From a virus, in the IMG/VR virus record IMGVR_UViG_3300044837_000112, positions 14,972 to 78,971 of that record: a DNA stretch of 64,000 nucleotides. The stretch is one strand, 5' to 3'. Made by a program: the position numbers and the translations under genes. The notes beneath the pieces were generated by a model. That model ran no database searches. It saw nothing but the letters and a program-made list of their open reading frames with translations, and had not been told where the DNA came from. Below are positions 40,504-49,757 of the stretch, piece by piece; the first letter of the stretch is position 1; every line of letters starts with the position of its first letter.

Positions 40504-41985
40504 CTAAAACACCCTGGTGGCGGGAACCTCTAGCACGACTGATCCCTCAATCTCCTTGCGTGTCGGAGGTGTCGGAGCCGCAGTCGCCGCATGGACCATC
40601 CGCTCGCCTACCGCAAGACCACCCAGGGTGCCACCAGCACCGAGTCCCTTCAGCATCCCCTTGATCATGTCGCCATCGATCTCGTTACGAGGGATGCCAG
40701 CCTCCTCCAGCGCGCGGACTGCTGCGGCAACCAGCTCCTTGGGGTTTTGGCTGCTAACTATGCCTGCCGAGACGCCGACCCCGACGTTGACGTTGACGTT
40801 CGCCGCGCCCGACAGCTTCGGGTCCACCAGCTTGGCGAGTTTGACGCCATCAGCGAACAGTCCACCCATCTGCTTAGTAACCTCAGGATCAAGCTGGTCA
40901 CTCTCGGACTCCTTCTCCATCGCGGTCTCGAGCCGCTCTGCCCGCATCCTGGTCAGCTCGGCGAGTCCCTCGACGATCCGACCCGCGTCGCGGTGCTGGA
41001 AGAACTTGGCAAGATCGGCCATCTCGGACTCCTTTAGGCCGCAGATCTGACCGGCACGAAAGACTCTACAACCAGGAGCGATGCTACACTGGTCACAAAG
41101 TACCTTCTCGGCGGCGGCGGTGGTGTACTGTTTGCGCTGAATGACGATACTCTGGCCCTGATGCGGTAGCCCAGTCGCAGCGATGCGCTCCATAGCTCTG
41201 GTGGCGCCACGACCCGCGTACCTGAAGTTCGAGTTGTAGTGCTGCTGCGCCCACAGGATCGAGCGGATACGCAGCAGATAGCGAGCCTGCTGACCCAGCG
41301 AGCCTCCATCGAGAAAGTCTTTGACGGTGATGCCGAACAGCTCGATCCAGTGACGCCAGTCATTTATATCGCGGTAGAAGTTACTCGAGTCCATATCAAG
41401 CGTCCGGCCCGGCGCCAGCCGAATCTTCCGGTTCTGGTCACCCAGATCCTCTAGGCCGACATCGACGCTGGCCAGATCATACGCGAACATGTACGCGAAG
41501 CTGATGAGGCCATTGACGTGCAGAGTCACTCCTGGATTGTCGAGCTGCAGTTTGCCAACTCTTGCCAGCATGCTAGACGGCATGCCACCGAAGTTATAGA
41601 GCACAACCTTGTGCTCCTGGCCAAATACTGACCGCATCGTCCGGTCTATCGTCTCGTCCGCACATAGCCGGGCGTTATCACCAGCTGGGTTGGCGATCAG
41701 GAACTCCAGATCTTCCCAATCATCTGTTTTGGGAGACCAGGTGGGATACACAGCACTCGGCTCACCGAAGCAATCCTCGGGCCGGTACAACTGCGCGCCT
41801 TGCTTGCCCAAGATCATGATCTGCGGGTGGATCTGTGAGCTGGCGTAAATCTGCCGGATTAGGTTCAAGCCGTTGTGCTTCTGGCGACCCAATTCTGTCT
41901 GTGAAAAGACGATCCGCGAGATACCTTCATCGCGGAATAGGGAGACATTAACGCGAGGGTTCCGAAACCACACCTCAGTCATCAT
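40504..41985 (-). CDS. Pre-terminase protein: degenerate TGT-like barrel, Cys4 cluster, helical C-terminus (possible small terminase)
   Basis: LHVNGL..F...Y..ASVD segment; CDQC.....C........C; position just before terL; GGGAAGG RBS. Confidence 0.5.
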   Translation of the reverse strand: MMTEVWFRNPRVNVSLFRDEGISRIVFSQTELGRQKHNGLNLIRQIYASSQIHPQIMILGKQGAQLYRPEDCFGEPSAVYPTWSPKTDDWEDLEFLIANPAGDNARLCADETIDRTMRSVFGQEHKVVLYNFGGMPSSMLARVGKLQLDNPGVTLHVNGLISFAYMFAYDLASVDVGLEDLGDQNRKIRLAPGRTLDMDSSNFYRDINDWRHWIELFGITVKDFLDGGSLGQQARYLLRIRSILWAQQHYNSNFRYAGRGATRAMERIAATGLPHQGQSIVIQRKQYTTAAAEKVLCDQCSIAPGCRVFRAGQICGLKESEMADLAKFFQHRDAGRIVEGLAELTRMRAERLETAMEKESESDQLDPEVTKQMGGLFADGVKLAKLVDPKLSGAANVNVNVGVGVSAGIVSSQNPKELVAAAVRALEEAGIPRNEIDGDMIKGMLKGLGAGGTLGGLAVGERMVHAATAAPTPPTRKEIEGSVVLEVPATRVF

Positions 41986-42089
41986 GTCCCTTCCCTCGCC
42001 CTCTCGGAGCATTAGTAGATATCTGTACACCATACAACCAGGACGCCCACGCGCGGGAGCAATGTAACGGTAGGGAATGTTGGATACAG

Positions 42090-42126
42090 TTCGGGCCAGC
42101 CCCCCGTGGAAGAAGGCTGGCCCGAA
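42090..42126. terminator. 12-bp-stem hairpin upstream of late operon
   Basis: TTCGGGCCAGCC...GGCTGGCCCGAA; no clear U-tract. Confidence 0.55.
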
Positions 42127-42255
42127 ACTACTCTGTGTTAAGTCCTACCCGTCACTCTCGCCCAACAGCCCGTCACTCTCGCAACAGGGGGCCTCCGGGG
42201 GAGTCTCACAGATACTTGATTGTTTATCCTGGAAGATGATCGCTCAAGTAAGGTC

Positions 42256-42284
42256 ACTATACCATGACCCGTAAACCGTGTCAA
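42256..42284 (-). promoter_or_regulatory. Leftward sigmaA-type promoter
   Basis: TTGACA-17 bp-TATAGT with TGn extended -10 on the - strand. Confidence 0.8.
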
Positions 42285-42339
42285 ATCATCTTAACAATCG
42301 CCGGTAATAAAGGTGAATAATGGACACATGGGACGCCGC

Positions 42340-42369
42340 TAGACCGGCCACCACGTGCCGTGATACGGT
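42340..42369 (+). promoter_or_regulatory. Possible rightward promoter for primase
   Basis: TAGACC-18 bp-TACGGT with TGn extension. Confidence 0.4.
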
Positions 42370-42452
42370 CACGGGACCGCGATAGGCGGAAGTTCCAGCT
42401 AGGTTACCGGCGGAACTAGAGCAAACATCCTGGAAGATGAATCGGAGATGCC

Positions 42453-43358
42453 ATGAGCGTCCAAGAATACACTGACGATATGCTGAAGGATGTTGCCAAA
42501 CTACTGGCGAAGCACTTCATTGCCAGGTCTGACGTGATGGCCCAGCAGCACCCCGACGGAGGCTACTCGCCTACCCGCGGGCCCCGTAACCCTGACGGTA
42601 CACCTGGTGACCTGGCTGGCTTCTCCATGCCGGCCCTGATGAACCACCTCAAGGGTACGGCGACCCTGGGCCACTATCTGCTGAACAAAGATAACCAGTG
42701 CAAGCTGTTCGCCTTTGATATTGATATCGACGGCATCAAGTCGGGTACGCCGAAAGAGGATTGGTGTCTGCTTCCAACCTCGTACATCGACGGCGAGTAT
42801 CGCGAGTACTTCCACATCGATGGGAGGCTCGCCTGGAAGACTGATATGGCGGGATTCCAGCTAGACGGCGGGCCTACCTATACTCGGGATATGCAAATAG
42901 TGAGCCGCGACTTCCTGCGGTACCAGTTGCGCCGAGTGGCCGACGAACTGATGATCGCGATCCGAGAGAACTTGGAAATCCCGACCGTCTTCGCGTACAC
43001 CGGCAACAAGGGTCTGCACGTGTACGGGTTTACTGGCCTGATGGACGCCAAAGATGTGCGTGAAGGGGCCGAAATCTGTGCGGAAGCCGCTAGAATGCGC
43101 CCGCATAAGGGGTCTAACTTCTGGAAACCGACCGATAACTTCGCTGAACCCTGCGCCCTAACGGTTGAGATCTTCCCCAAGCAGACGACCATCGGCGAGG
43201 ACGGCTTCGGGAATCTGCTCCGTCTGCCCCTCGGAAAGAACCTGAAGAACCCGGAACACCCCACTTTCTTCTGTTCTGACGTGCCAGGTGGCGAAAGATC
43301 CTCTATCACCCCGGTCGATACTCTGCAGCTGTTTGAAACAGTCTTCCGAGGTCTGTAA
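42453..43358 (+). CDS. Archaeo-eukaryotic primase (AEP, TOTE-primase-like)
   Basis: FAFDIDID, YTGNKGLHVY, EIFPKQ.....FGNLLRLPLG motifs. Confidence 0.88.
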   Translation: MSVQEYTDDMLKDVAKLLAKHFIARSDVMAQQHPDGGYSPTRGPRNPDGTPGDLAGFSMPALMNHLKGTATLGHYLLNKDNQCKLFAFDIDIDGIKSGTPKEDWCLLPTSYIDGEYREYFHIDGRLAWKTDMAGFQLDGGPTYTRDMQIVSRDFLRYQLRRVADELMIAIRENLEIPTVFAYTGNKGLHVYGFTGLMDAKDVREGAEICAEAARMRPHKGSNFWKPTDNFAEPCALTVEIFPKQTTIGEDGFGNLLRLPLGKNLKNPEHPTFFCSDVPGGERSSITPVDTLQLFETVFRGL

Positions 43359-43478
43359 TCCAGTGTACCAAAATACCAGGGATTACTGTCTCGAAGTGCA
43401 TAAAAAGCCCCATAAAAGGCGGGAAAACGCCGTGAAAGTGCCTAAAACTGAGCGGACGGCAACGGGGGGCAGAAGTAT

Positions 43479-45419
43479 ATGACAGATGTGAGTACGGCGG
43501 GGACTGTAGCGGTAGGTACTACAGTCCCCGCACCGCGATCTGGCAAGTTTGCGGAGGCTCTTGCAGCCCGCCGGGCGGCGAAGGCGGCAGAGTCTGGGGT
43601 AGAGAAGTCGCTACTAGAGGCAGTAGAAGACTTCATCCCGGACATACCACCAGACCCGCTCACGGAGTATCAGTCGAAGGTGAACGCAGCCATCGAGGAG
43701 ATCACCTTCCAGGAGGTCTTCGAGTTGATGGTCTCGATGGGGATCATCTCCAGGTCGGCTAAGCCGATCAGCTCCTGGGTCGGCGACTCCAACAAGTTCT
43801 TCTGTCCGGACCCGTCCCACGACAACTCCGGCGGCACCATGAGTGCCTGGGGTTCCCGCGAGAAGGGGAAGTGGACCTGCTCCAAAGGCTGCGGCGATGG
43901 GGCAGGTGGTGGCGACAAGTTGTCGCTGGCTAAATATCTGTTCGGCGAAGAGTTCCACGACAGATGCAACAAATTAGCTGGCGCCCTGCGTGGTGTTAAG
44001 AAGCCTGAATTTTTGGTTGGTGGCCTCCCGCCGGAGTCACCAGTCGCCCTGGTGACACCTTCGACTTCAGTAGCTTCAGCTGAAGTAGCTGAAGTCGGTC
44101 CAGCCGGACCAGGGGAAACTACAGATCCGTTGCTACTGCGTTTCGATGGGAATGCAGTCCTTGCCTTCTCGTCAGTGAAGGATTCGTTCCTTCACAAATA
44201 CGTTGCCGCAATGGCGCTCAGCTCATCCCCGGAAGAATTTAATCTGCCACTAGCCATGCTCGTGATTGCACTGGTCAGTGGCCGCCGCGTACAGTTGGAC
44301 GACGAGTACCCCGTGATCCCGACGATGGGCATTGTCCTTGTTGGCACCTCGGGTGATGGAAAGACGAACAGCATAAAGCCAGCCAAGAAGCTAATGAGAA
44401 CTGTTGATCCAGCCGGTCCCGAGAGGTTCGGCATCAACATCGACAAGAACGTAATCTCCGGACAGGAACTCGTCCACACCTTCCGGAAGGTTGAAAAGGA
44501 TCTCGAAACCGGCGCCGTAACGGAGTACCCGATCCGGGCGCTACTCGAGTACCCAGAGTTCTCCGGCTTCTTTGGCAGTACGAAGATGACTGGGTCTTCA
44601 CTCAAGACGTTCCTACACGAGATGCTCGATGGGGACGAATACCTCGGCTACGGGAGCCGCTCCGCTGGAGGCAAGGTGATTGCCCGGAACGCTTTCGGAT
44701 GCGTCATCTCGACAGTACAGACGGATATGCTGTCTTCCCTGTTTACGCGGGAAGACGCCGCGTCCGGCTTCATGAACCGCTTCATTATGATCAGCGGAAC
44801 AGAGAAGGAGCAGGTTGGAATCAATCGAGCTGTCATCGACAGCGATGGGTATACCGCTGCCCTGCGAGAGGTGAAGTCCTTCTGCCACGGCACGGGGCGA
44901 TCGAAGCCAATCCTCTGGAACCCTGACGCAGAAGCTCTGTATAACAAGATCTATAAAGAATATCTCAAACCGATCAAGGACGCTGACCGGCGTGCGCTAC
45001 TAAAGCGTATCGACCTATACTTCAAAAAGTTCTGTCTCATCTTTGCAATCAACGAGCGTTCTGAGTATGTGCTGCCACACCATGTACAGATGGCCAGACA
45101 GATGACCACGTACATCGTGCCGACAAGTCAGACCATCTCCGAGAACGTCTTCGTCGCGGACGCGAACGACATGGACGAGTGGCTCGTCCGTCGGATCGGG
45201 GCGCTGGAGCTGCTGTCCAGAGAGAAGGAACCGACCAAGGAGCACCACGGCCCAACCGTCGCCGCACTCGGACGCGAGTTTAAGAAGAAGAAATGGACCA
45301 TTGAATCCGTCAACAAGGCACTCAAGGGTCTCGAGATCGCCGGCATCATCAAGGGGATCGACGGCGGCGGCAAGCGTGGCCAGCGAACTAAGTACTACTA
45401 TCTTATCGAGCCAGACTAA
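43479..45419 (+). CDS. Zn-finger + DUF3987-like replicative helicase/ATPase
   Basis: CPDPSHD...C..GC...GGD Zn finger; GTSGDGKT Walker A; SGFMNRF; C-terminal wHTH-like segment. Confidence 0.8.
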   Translation: MTDVSTAGTVAVGTTVPAPRSGKFAEALAARRAAKAAESGVEKSLLEAVEDFIPDIPPDPLTEYQSKVNAAIEEITFQEVFELMVSMGIISRSAKPISSWVGDSNKFFCPDPSHDNSGGTMSAWGSREKGKWTCSKGCGDGAGGGDKLSLAKYLFGEEFHDRCNKLAGALRGVKKPEFLVGGLPPESPVALVTPSTSVASAEVAEVGPAGPGETTDPLLLRFDGNAVLAFSSVKDSFLHKYVAAMALSSSPEEFNLPLAMLVIALVSGRRVQLDDEYPVIPTMGIVLVGTSGDGKTNSIKPAKKLMRTVDPAGPERFGINIDKNVISGQELVHTFRKVEKDLETGAVTEYPIRALLEYPEFSGFFGSTKMTGSSLKTFLHEMLDGDEYLGYGSRSAGGKVIARNAFGCVISTVQTDMLSSLFTREDAASGFMNRFIMISGTEKEQVGINRAVIDSDGYTAALREVKSFCHGTGRSKPILWNPDAEALYNKIYKEYLKPIKDADRRALLKRIDLYFKKFCLIFAINERSEYVLPHHVQMARQMTTYIVPTSQTISENVFVADANDMDEWLVRRIGALELLSREKEPTKEHHGPTVAALGREFKKKKWTIESVNKALKGLEIAGIIKGIDGGGKRGQRTKYYYLIEPD

Positions 45420-45433
45420 GCAGGGAGAATGAC

Positions 45434-45775
45434 ATGCCCAAGAAGATCAGAACTGAACTGATCGAGGACGAAGAGAACGACATCAACGAGTTCGACATGC
45501 TGCACAAGGCGGCGGACGTGGCGACGGATCTCTTCTTGAAGCAAGGCTGGCACATCCCGCACGGGGCCTACAAGGGTCCTCGGGTTCACCAGGAGCTGCT
45601 CCACGAGATCATCTTCGCGGCGTTGACCGAGACGTACCTCGCAGCCGTCAACTCGCCCGGCTGGGGACCGTTCCAGTGTCGAGGCACTGACAAGCGCCTG
45701 GCAATTCTGAAATGCCTAGAGCTGGACGGCCGGATTTCCTTCGAGACGATTTGCTACCTCGGCCCTGGGCGGTAG
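45434..45775 (+). CDS. Hypothetical protein
   Basis: GGGAG RBS; follows helicase. Confidence 0.55.
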   Translation: MPKKIRTELIEDEENDINEFDMLHKAADVATDLFLKQGWHIPHGAYKGPRVHQELLHEIIFAALTETYLAAVNSPGWGPFQCRGTDKRLAILKCLELDGRISFETICYLGPGR

Positions 45776-46330
45776 ATCAACTAGCGGTAATGCGGAGCAA
45801 AATAATGCGGAGCACGAATCTTTTTCGTGCTCCGCATTACTCTCTGTCACGGGCAATAATGCGGAGTAAATCGGCTCCTACTTATTTACTACGAATTACT
45901 TTGGCTAGTTGATCTATAAATCGGTTATTCGGAGCGGCTCCCCAAAACATAAAGGAGCACGTTTGACCTGCGGTTATGCATAGAGGAGTGCGTAAAATGC
46001 GGAGCCGTACCGTCTATACCCGTAGGGCCATACAGGTATCAAGAAACATCAAGTACTAAATTTCTCCCCTACGGTTACCGTGTGTAGTCATCCGAGTCCT
46101 TATACGAAGACTTTGATCACGGTATACGCCTAGCTCCTAATTCCCCTAATTCTCCTCATTGCGTTTTCGCAGGTCAAACGCCATATGATCATGCTCATAC
46201 TACTACTACTACTAACTCCTACTTACTTATATATATATATATTATAGATAATGAACCATCTGAAGACCCTAAGATGGGGGGTGTAGGCGAGGGTCTATAC
46301 AACTGGCTATATCTTTCTAGATGATCATGC
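45773..46330. other. Putative replication origin (iteron-like TAATGCGGAG repeats plus AT-rich tract)
   Basis: TAATGCGGAG at 45788, 45803, 45857, inverted at 45830; 16-bp-stem hairpin 45803-45839; (TAC)n/(TA)n tract ~46198-46252; adjacent to primase/helicase. Confidence 0.55.
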
Positions 46331-46447
46331 TTTCAGAAAAACTTGGTGTGTGTTGCGCGAGGCAAGAGAGGCCCGATTTCGTGCCCGGTTTGTCATTTTT
46401 TGTCCGGTATGCCCCGATAATTTGTCCGTTTTGCCCCGATTCTAATG

Positions 46448-46649
46448 TGGACAAGTCCACATCGGACTGTCCGTTTTGCACCGATCTGTACCATTGGTCA
46501 GTCCGATATGGCACAGATGCCCGAGTCCACATTGGACAGGTCTACATCGGACTGTCCGTTATACCCCGATCTGTACCATTGGCCAGTCCGATATGCACGA
46601 GATGACCCTGTTCCACATTGGACAGGTCTACATCGGACTGTCCGTTATG
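46448..46649. repeat. Tandem repeat, 85-86 bp unit, ~2.3 copies
   Basis: Units begin TGGACA(A/G)GTC.ACATCGGACTGTCCGTT at 46448, 46533, 46619. Confidence 0.9.
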
Positions 46650-46759
46650 TCGTGATATCATCACCGATAGTGTGCACTATCGGTGATCTAGACCATCAGA
46701 TGGTCCAAAGGTATGACCATTAGCATGACCAGCCATCGTACAGGTGTGCTATGCGAGAC

Positions 46760-46773
46760 GTTTCACGTGAAAC
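46760..46773. promoter_or_regulatory. parS: parS site 1
   Basis: GTTTCACGTGAAAC inside 20-bp perfect palindrome 46757-46776. Confidence 0.85.
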
Positions 46774-47003
46774 GTCAAAGATCATCTTCGTGTGGTCGCG
46801 TAGGGCTAGTTGATCTTGGTCTAGTCTTGGCGCGAGACTAGTTCACATCCACCATACCGTCTGGTGGTAAGACCTTTCCAACGGACCATCTGCATGACTG
46901 TCTAATGGTCCTACCATTAGACCATTAGACAGTCAGACCATTGGCACAGCGGCCAGTCAAACCAGTAGTACGTGACACAAACTAAAAAGAAAGTTAACAG
47001 TCC

Positions 47004-47300
47004 GGTAAACAACCTTTACAATTGCCATCCAAGCAACTGTAAAGAAACCTAACCCAATGGTAAACAACCTTTACAGTTGCCCATACCCAACCATCCTAGG
47101 AAGCTAGGAGGCTAGGATGCCCACCACCAGCACTGTTAAGACTCTTTACAGTAACGCAAACCTTCTTTACAATTGCATCAGCAACTATCATCGCGGCAAA
47201 CATCTAACTGTTAACAAACCTTCTTCAATAGCAAACCTTGTTAACAGTCATCCATGATCACTGTTAACAAACCTTACCGTACAGCCAACCTTCCTAACAG
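47004..47300. repeat. AT-rich degenerate repeats
   Basis: GGTAAACAACCTTTACA(A/G)TTGCC at 47004 and 47059; ACTGTTAACAAACCTT at 47207 and 47260; further partial copies. Confidence 0.8.
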
Positions 47301-47746
47301 TCGTACCACACCCACAACCTAGCCCATCTGTCAACCAGAAACGCCGGGCAATCCACCGAACGGTCTGACATCCAGCCCTAGCGGTTGGGTAGCCGAGCCG
47401 TTCGGTCATTCCGCTAGTTGATCTACGCCCGGCCGTCCGACGTCATCCGCCAATGGCCCATCTAGACCCCCTAGCGTCGCCACCGACGGGCGTTCTAGCG
47501 CCTGGTTATAACCACACCGACCTAGGCGATTTCTCGCGGCACGATCGATCCTAGCGCGTTTCCGCTGGTCAACCGATGTGATCATTTGTCCGTATCGGTC
47601 CGCGTAGCGCCTACGGTGATCCAGTAGGCCACCGAATGTGGCCGAAAAACCCTTGACAATCACCCATCTGGCCGATACCTCATCGCCCGTAGGCGAGCTG
47701 TCCTAGCTTCCTAGGATGCGTCGCATCCCCCAAAGATCTAGGGCAC

Positions 47747-47803
47747 CTGGGCATCCTAGGACACTAGGAAGGTGACCCGGCTGGGCATCCTAGGACACTA
47801 GGA
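47747..47803. repeat. 23-bp direct repeat CTGGGCATCCTAGGACACTAGGA x2
   Basis: Copies at 47747 and 47781. Confidence 0.85.
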
Positions 47804-48234
47804 CGCTGGCCGAAAGGTTGATCCTCCGAACGGTTGGCCAGGGCTGACCAGAAGTCTTTTTTGTCTAGCCGTTCGACAGCCGTTCTAGCGTGCATATGCG
47901 TGTCCTAGGCACTAGGATTGGCGTAGCGCCAAAGACGGAACGAAAAACGGTACGGGGTAGGGGACGGGCCAGGGGCCAGGCGCAACCTAGCGCATGCGGG
48001 CCCCGGGCTAGTTGTTCGTTGACATCTGAATGTGCCTGGTTACTAATGGGCACCACTCTGACCAACCATGGCGCTAGCTAGCGCCCGTTGCGTGATCTCG
48101 TAGACCTATGTGTCCGGGATATCCGACATGCCTCAGCCATGGTTTAGCCCGTAGACGGGCTGGTCACCTGACGATGACTTTGGTTACGTCCTTATGACGG
48201 GCCGTTTTGATCCTCGTACGTTTCATGGTTTCTG

Positions 48235-48248
48235 GTTTCACGTGAAAC
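48235..48248. promoter_or_regulatory. parS: parS site 2
   Basis: GTTTCACGTGAAAC, intergenic. Confidence 0.85.
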
Positions 48249-48275
48249 ATCGAGATCAACTAAAAGGCGGCTGTT

Positions 48276-48560
48276 ATGAGTGTTTTGGGCGTTATGACTC
48301 ACCGTGATTTTCACGCGGAAACGCACGCGTTCCTCGCTAGTAAGGGCATCGACACGTCGTCGGACTCGTTCGACGAGATCGACGTCGATGACCTCCGCAC
48401 CATGATCAGCCAGACGTTCGCCGACGAGGCGAACCTGGAGAAACTGTTTGCTATGCCGTATAACTCGGGCGCCCAGTTGGCGCTCGGTGGCGCGTTGTCC
48501 GTACTGCGGGCGTTGCGCAACGACTACGCCGACTTGATCAAGTACCTGATCGGAGCCTGA
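48276..48560 (+). CDS. Hypothetical protein (cassette 1)
   Basis: AAAAGGCGG RBS-like motif 5 nt before ATG. Confidence 0.75.
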   Translation: MSVLGVMTHRDFHAETHAFLASKGIDTSSDSFDEIDVDDLRTMISQTFADEANLEKLFAMPYNSGAQLALGGALSVLRALRNDYADLIKYLIGA

Positions 48561-48562
48561 TC

Positions 48563-48757
48563 ATGACGAAAACGGCTCGCACCATCGCTAGTCGGCTGGC
48601 CCGCGAATATGACGTTTGCGCTGGCAACTACGAGCCAATCGGCGCGCAGATGGTCAACGATTGTGCACGCGCGCTCGACCTAGACTTTCCGGGCGTATGG
48701 GCCCACTACCGGGCGCTGGTAGCGGCGTCCGACTACGCCGCGCTGGTTCGGGCGTAG
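48563..48757 (+). CDS. Hypothetical protein (cassette 1)
   Basis: GGAG RBS; stop lies just inside the right IR arm. Confidence 0.7.
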   Translation: MTKTARTIASRLAREYDVCAGNYEPIGAQMVNDCARALDLDFPGVWAHYRALVAASDYAALVRA

Positions 48758-48801
48758 GCAGGCGAGATCAAAACGGCCCGTGATATGGACGTAACCAAAT
48801 G

Positions 48802-49181
48802 TGTCTGGTTTGAGTCATCTAGGCCGAAAGCTGACCTAAAGGCGGATTTACCATGTTTGAGACAGACAAATTGAGCGATGCCGTGCGCGTCGGGACCTTT
48901 TCCGACATGCGCAAGACCGACTCGCTCCAGTGGATTCAGCGCGTTAGTGGTTTCGTGCTTGTCCGCTTCATGGAGGTTTCTTCGTTTTATCACTTTGAGG
49001 ACTTTGTGTCCGTTATCGCGTACGGCTATGAGATGGATGAGCTGGAATGCGCGCTGCTCATGACCTACGTTGCACCGTACCAGCCCGCTATGGCCGTTCT
49101 GGCGCCCGTAGGCGCCTAGTGGTTGTTCGGTAGTAGAGTCCGATTCATACGTCTTTCGGCCTAGATGACCCAAACCAGACA
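48802..49181. repeat. Cassette 2 bounded by 29-bp inverted repeat
   Basis: Arms 48802-48830 and 49153-49181, 1 mismatch. Confidence 0.9.
48853..49119 (+). CDS. Hypothetical protein (cassette 2)
   Basis: AAAGGCGG before ATG. Confidence 0.7.
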   Translation: MFETDKLSDAVRVGTFSDMRKTDSLQWIQRVSGFVLVRFMEVSSFYHFEDFVSVIAYGYEMDELECALLMTYVAPYQPAMAVLAPVGA

Positions 49182-49228
49182 TCGTCAATTTCGCATTGAG
49201 TCATAAATGCGCCCGGTCTGGATGTTTG

Positions 49229-49242
49229 GTTTCACGTGAAAC
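49229..49242. promoter_or_regulatory. parS: parS site 3
   Basis: GTTTCACGTGAAAC, intergenic. Confidence 0.85.
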
Positions 49243-49276
49243 ATCTCATGATCAGTTAGACCAAAAGGCGGATATT

Positions 49277-49639
49277 ATGATCGATCTTGCACACGCGGAA
49301 AGCCACCCTAGCGACATGATCTTCGTCGTGACTCGTGGTGACTACGTCAGCCGCGAAGCGCTGTTCGGCGTGGCCAGCACGTTCAGTGACTGGAACGAGC
49401 CCGGACGTCGTCGGACGGATGGCGACATCACCACGCTGCCCCGCGTCTACTGGAACCTCGGTGGCACGCTGGTCGAGCTATACGTCGCGGTAGGCACGGG
49501 TACGGCTGGCACGGGCGACCGGTTCGAAGGTCGCGCGACCGAGGGGCTGCACGTAGTCGAGCTGCGTATCCCCGACGATGCTGCGGCGCGGGCCCGCTAC
49601 ACAGGCGCCATGAAGATCTTCACCCACTTTTACCTGTAG
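49277..49639 (+). CDS. Hypothetical protein (cassette 3)
   Basis: AAAAGGCGG before ATG 49277. Confidence 0.7.
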   Translation: MIDLAHAESHPSDMIFVVTRGDYVSREALFGVASTFSDWNEPGRRRTDGDITTLPRVYWNLGGTLVELYVAVGTGTAGTGDRFEGRATEGLHVVELRIPDDAAARARYTGAMKIFTHFYL

Positions 49640-49757
49640 TGCCCCATACCGGGCGCATCTATGACTCAATGCGGAATATATGGAATTGTCAGTCATACCA
49701 GGGCATCGGGCCCCTAGTTCATCTTTCACGTTTTTGGATGCCCACTAGGAGCCCTTC

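Larger units (their letters stand above)
48179..48799. repeat. Cassette 1 bounded by 34-bp inverted repeat
   Basis: Arms 48179-48212 and 48766-48799, 2 mismatches. Confidence 0.9.
49192..49673. repeat. Cassette 3 bounded by 26-bp inverted repeat
   Basis: Arms 49192-49217 and 49648-49673, 1 mismatch. Confidence 0.9.

Noticed and set aside
46448-46649. Possible CRISPR array (a Cas4-like gene is present at 10989)
   Set aside because: The whole 85-86 bp unit is repeated with no unique spacers. Cas4-like nucleases are common stand-alone phage genes, and no other cas genes are seen.
46317-46723. ORFs across the tandem-repeat region
   Set aside because: Translations are repeat-driven and lack RBS or codon bias.
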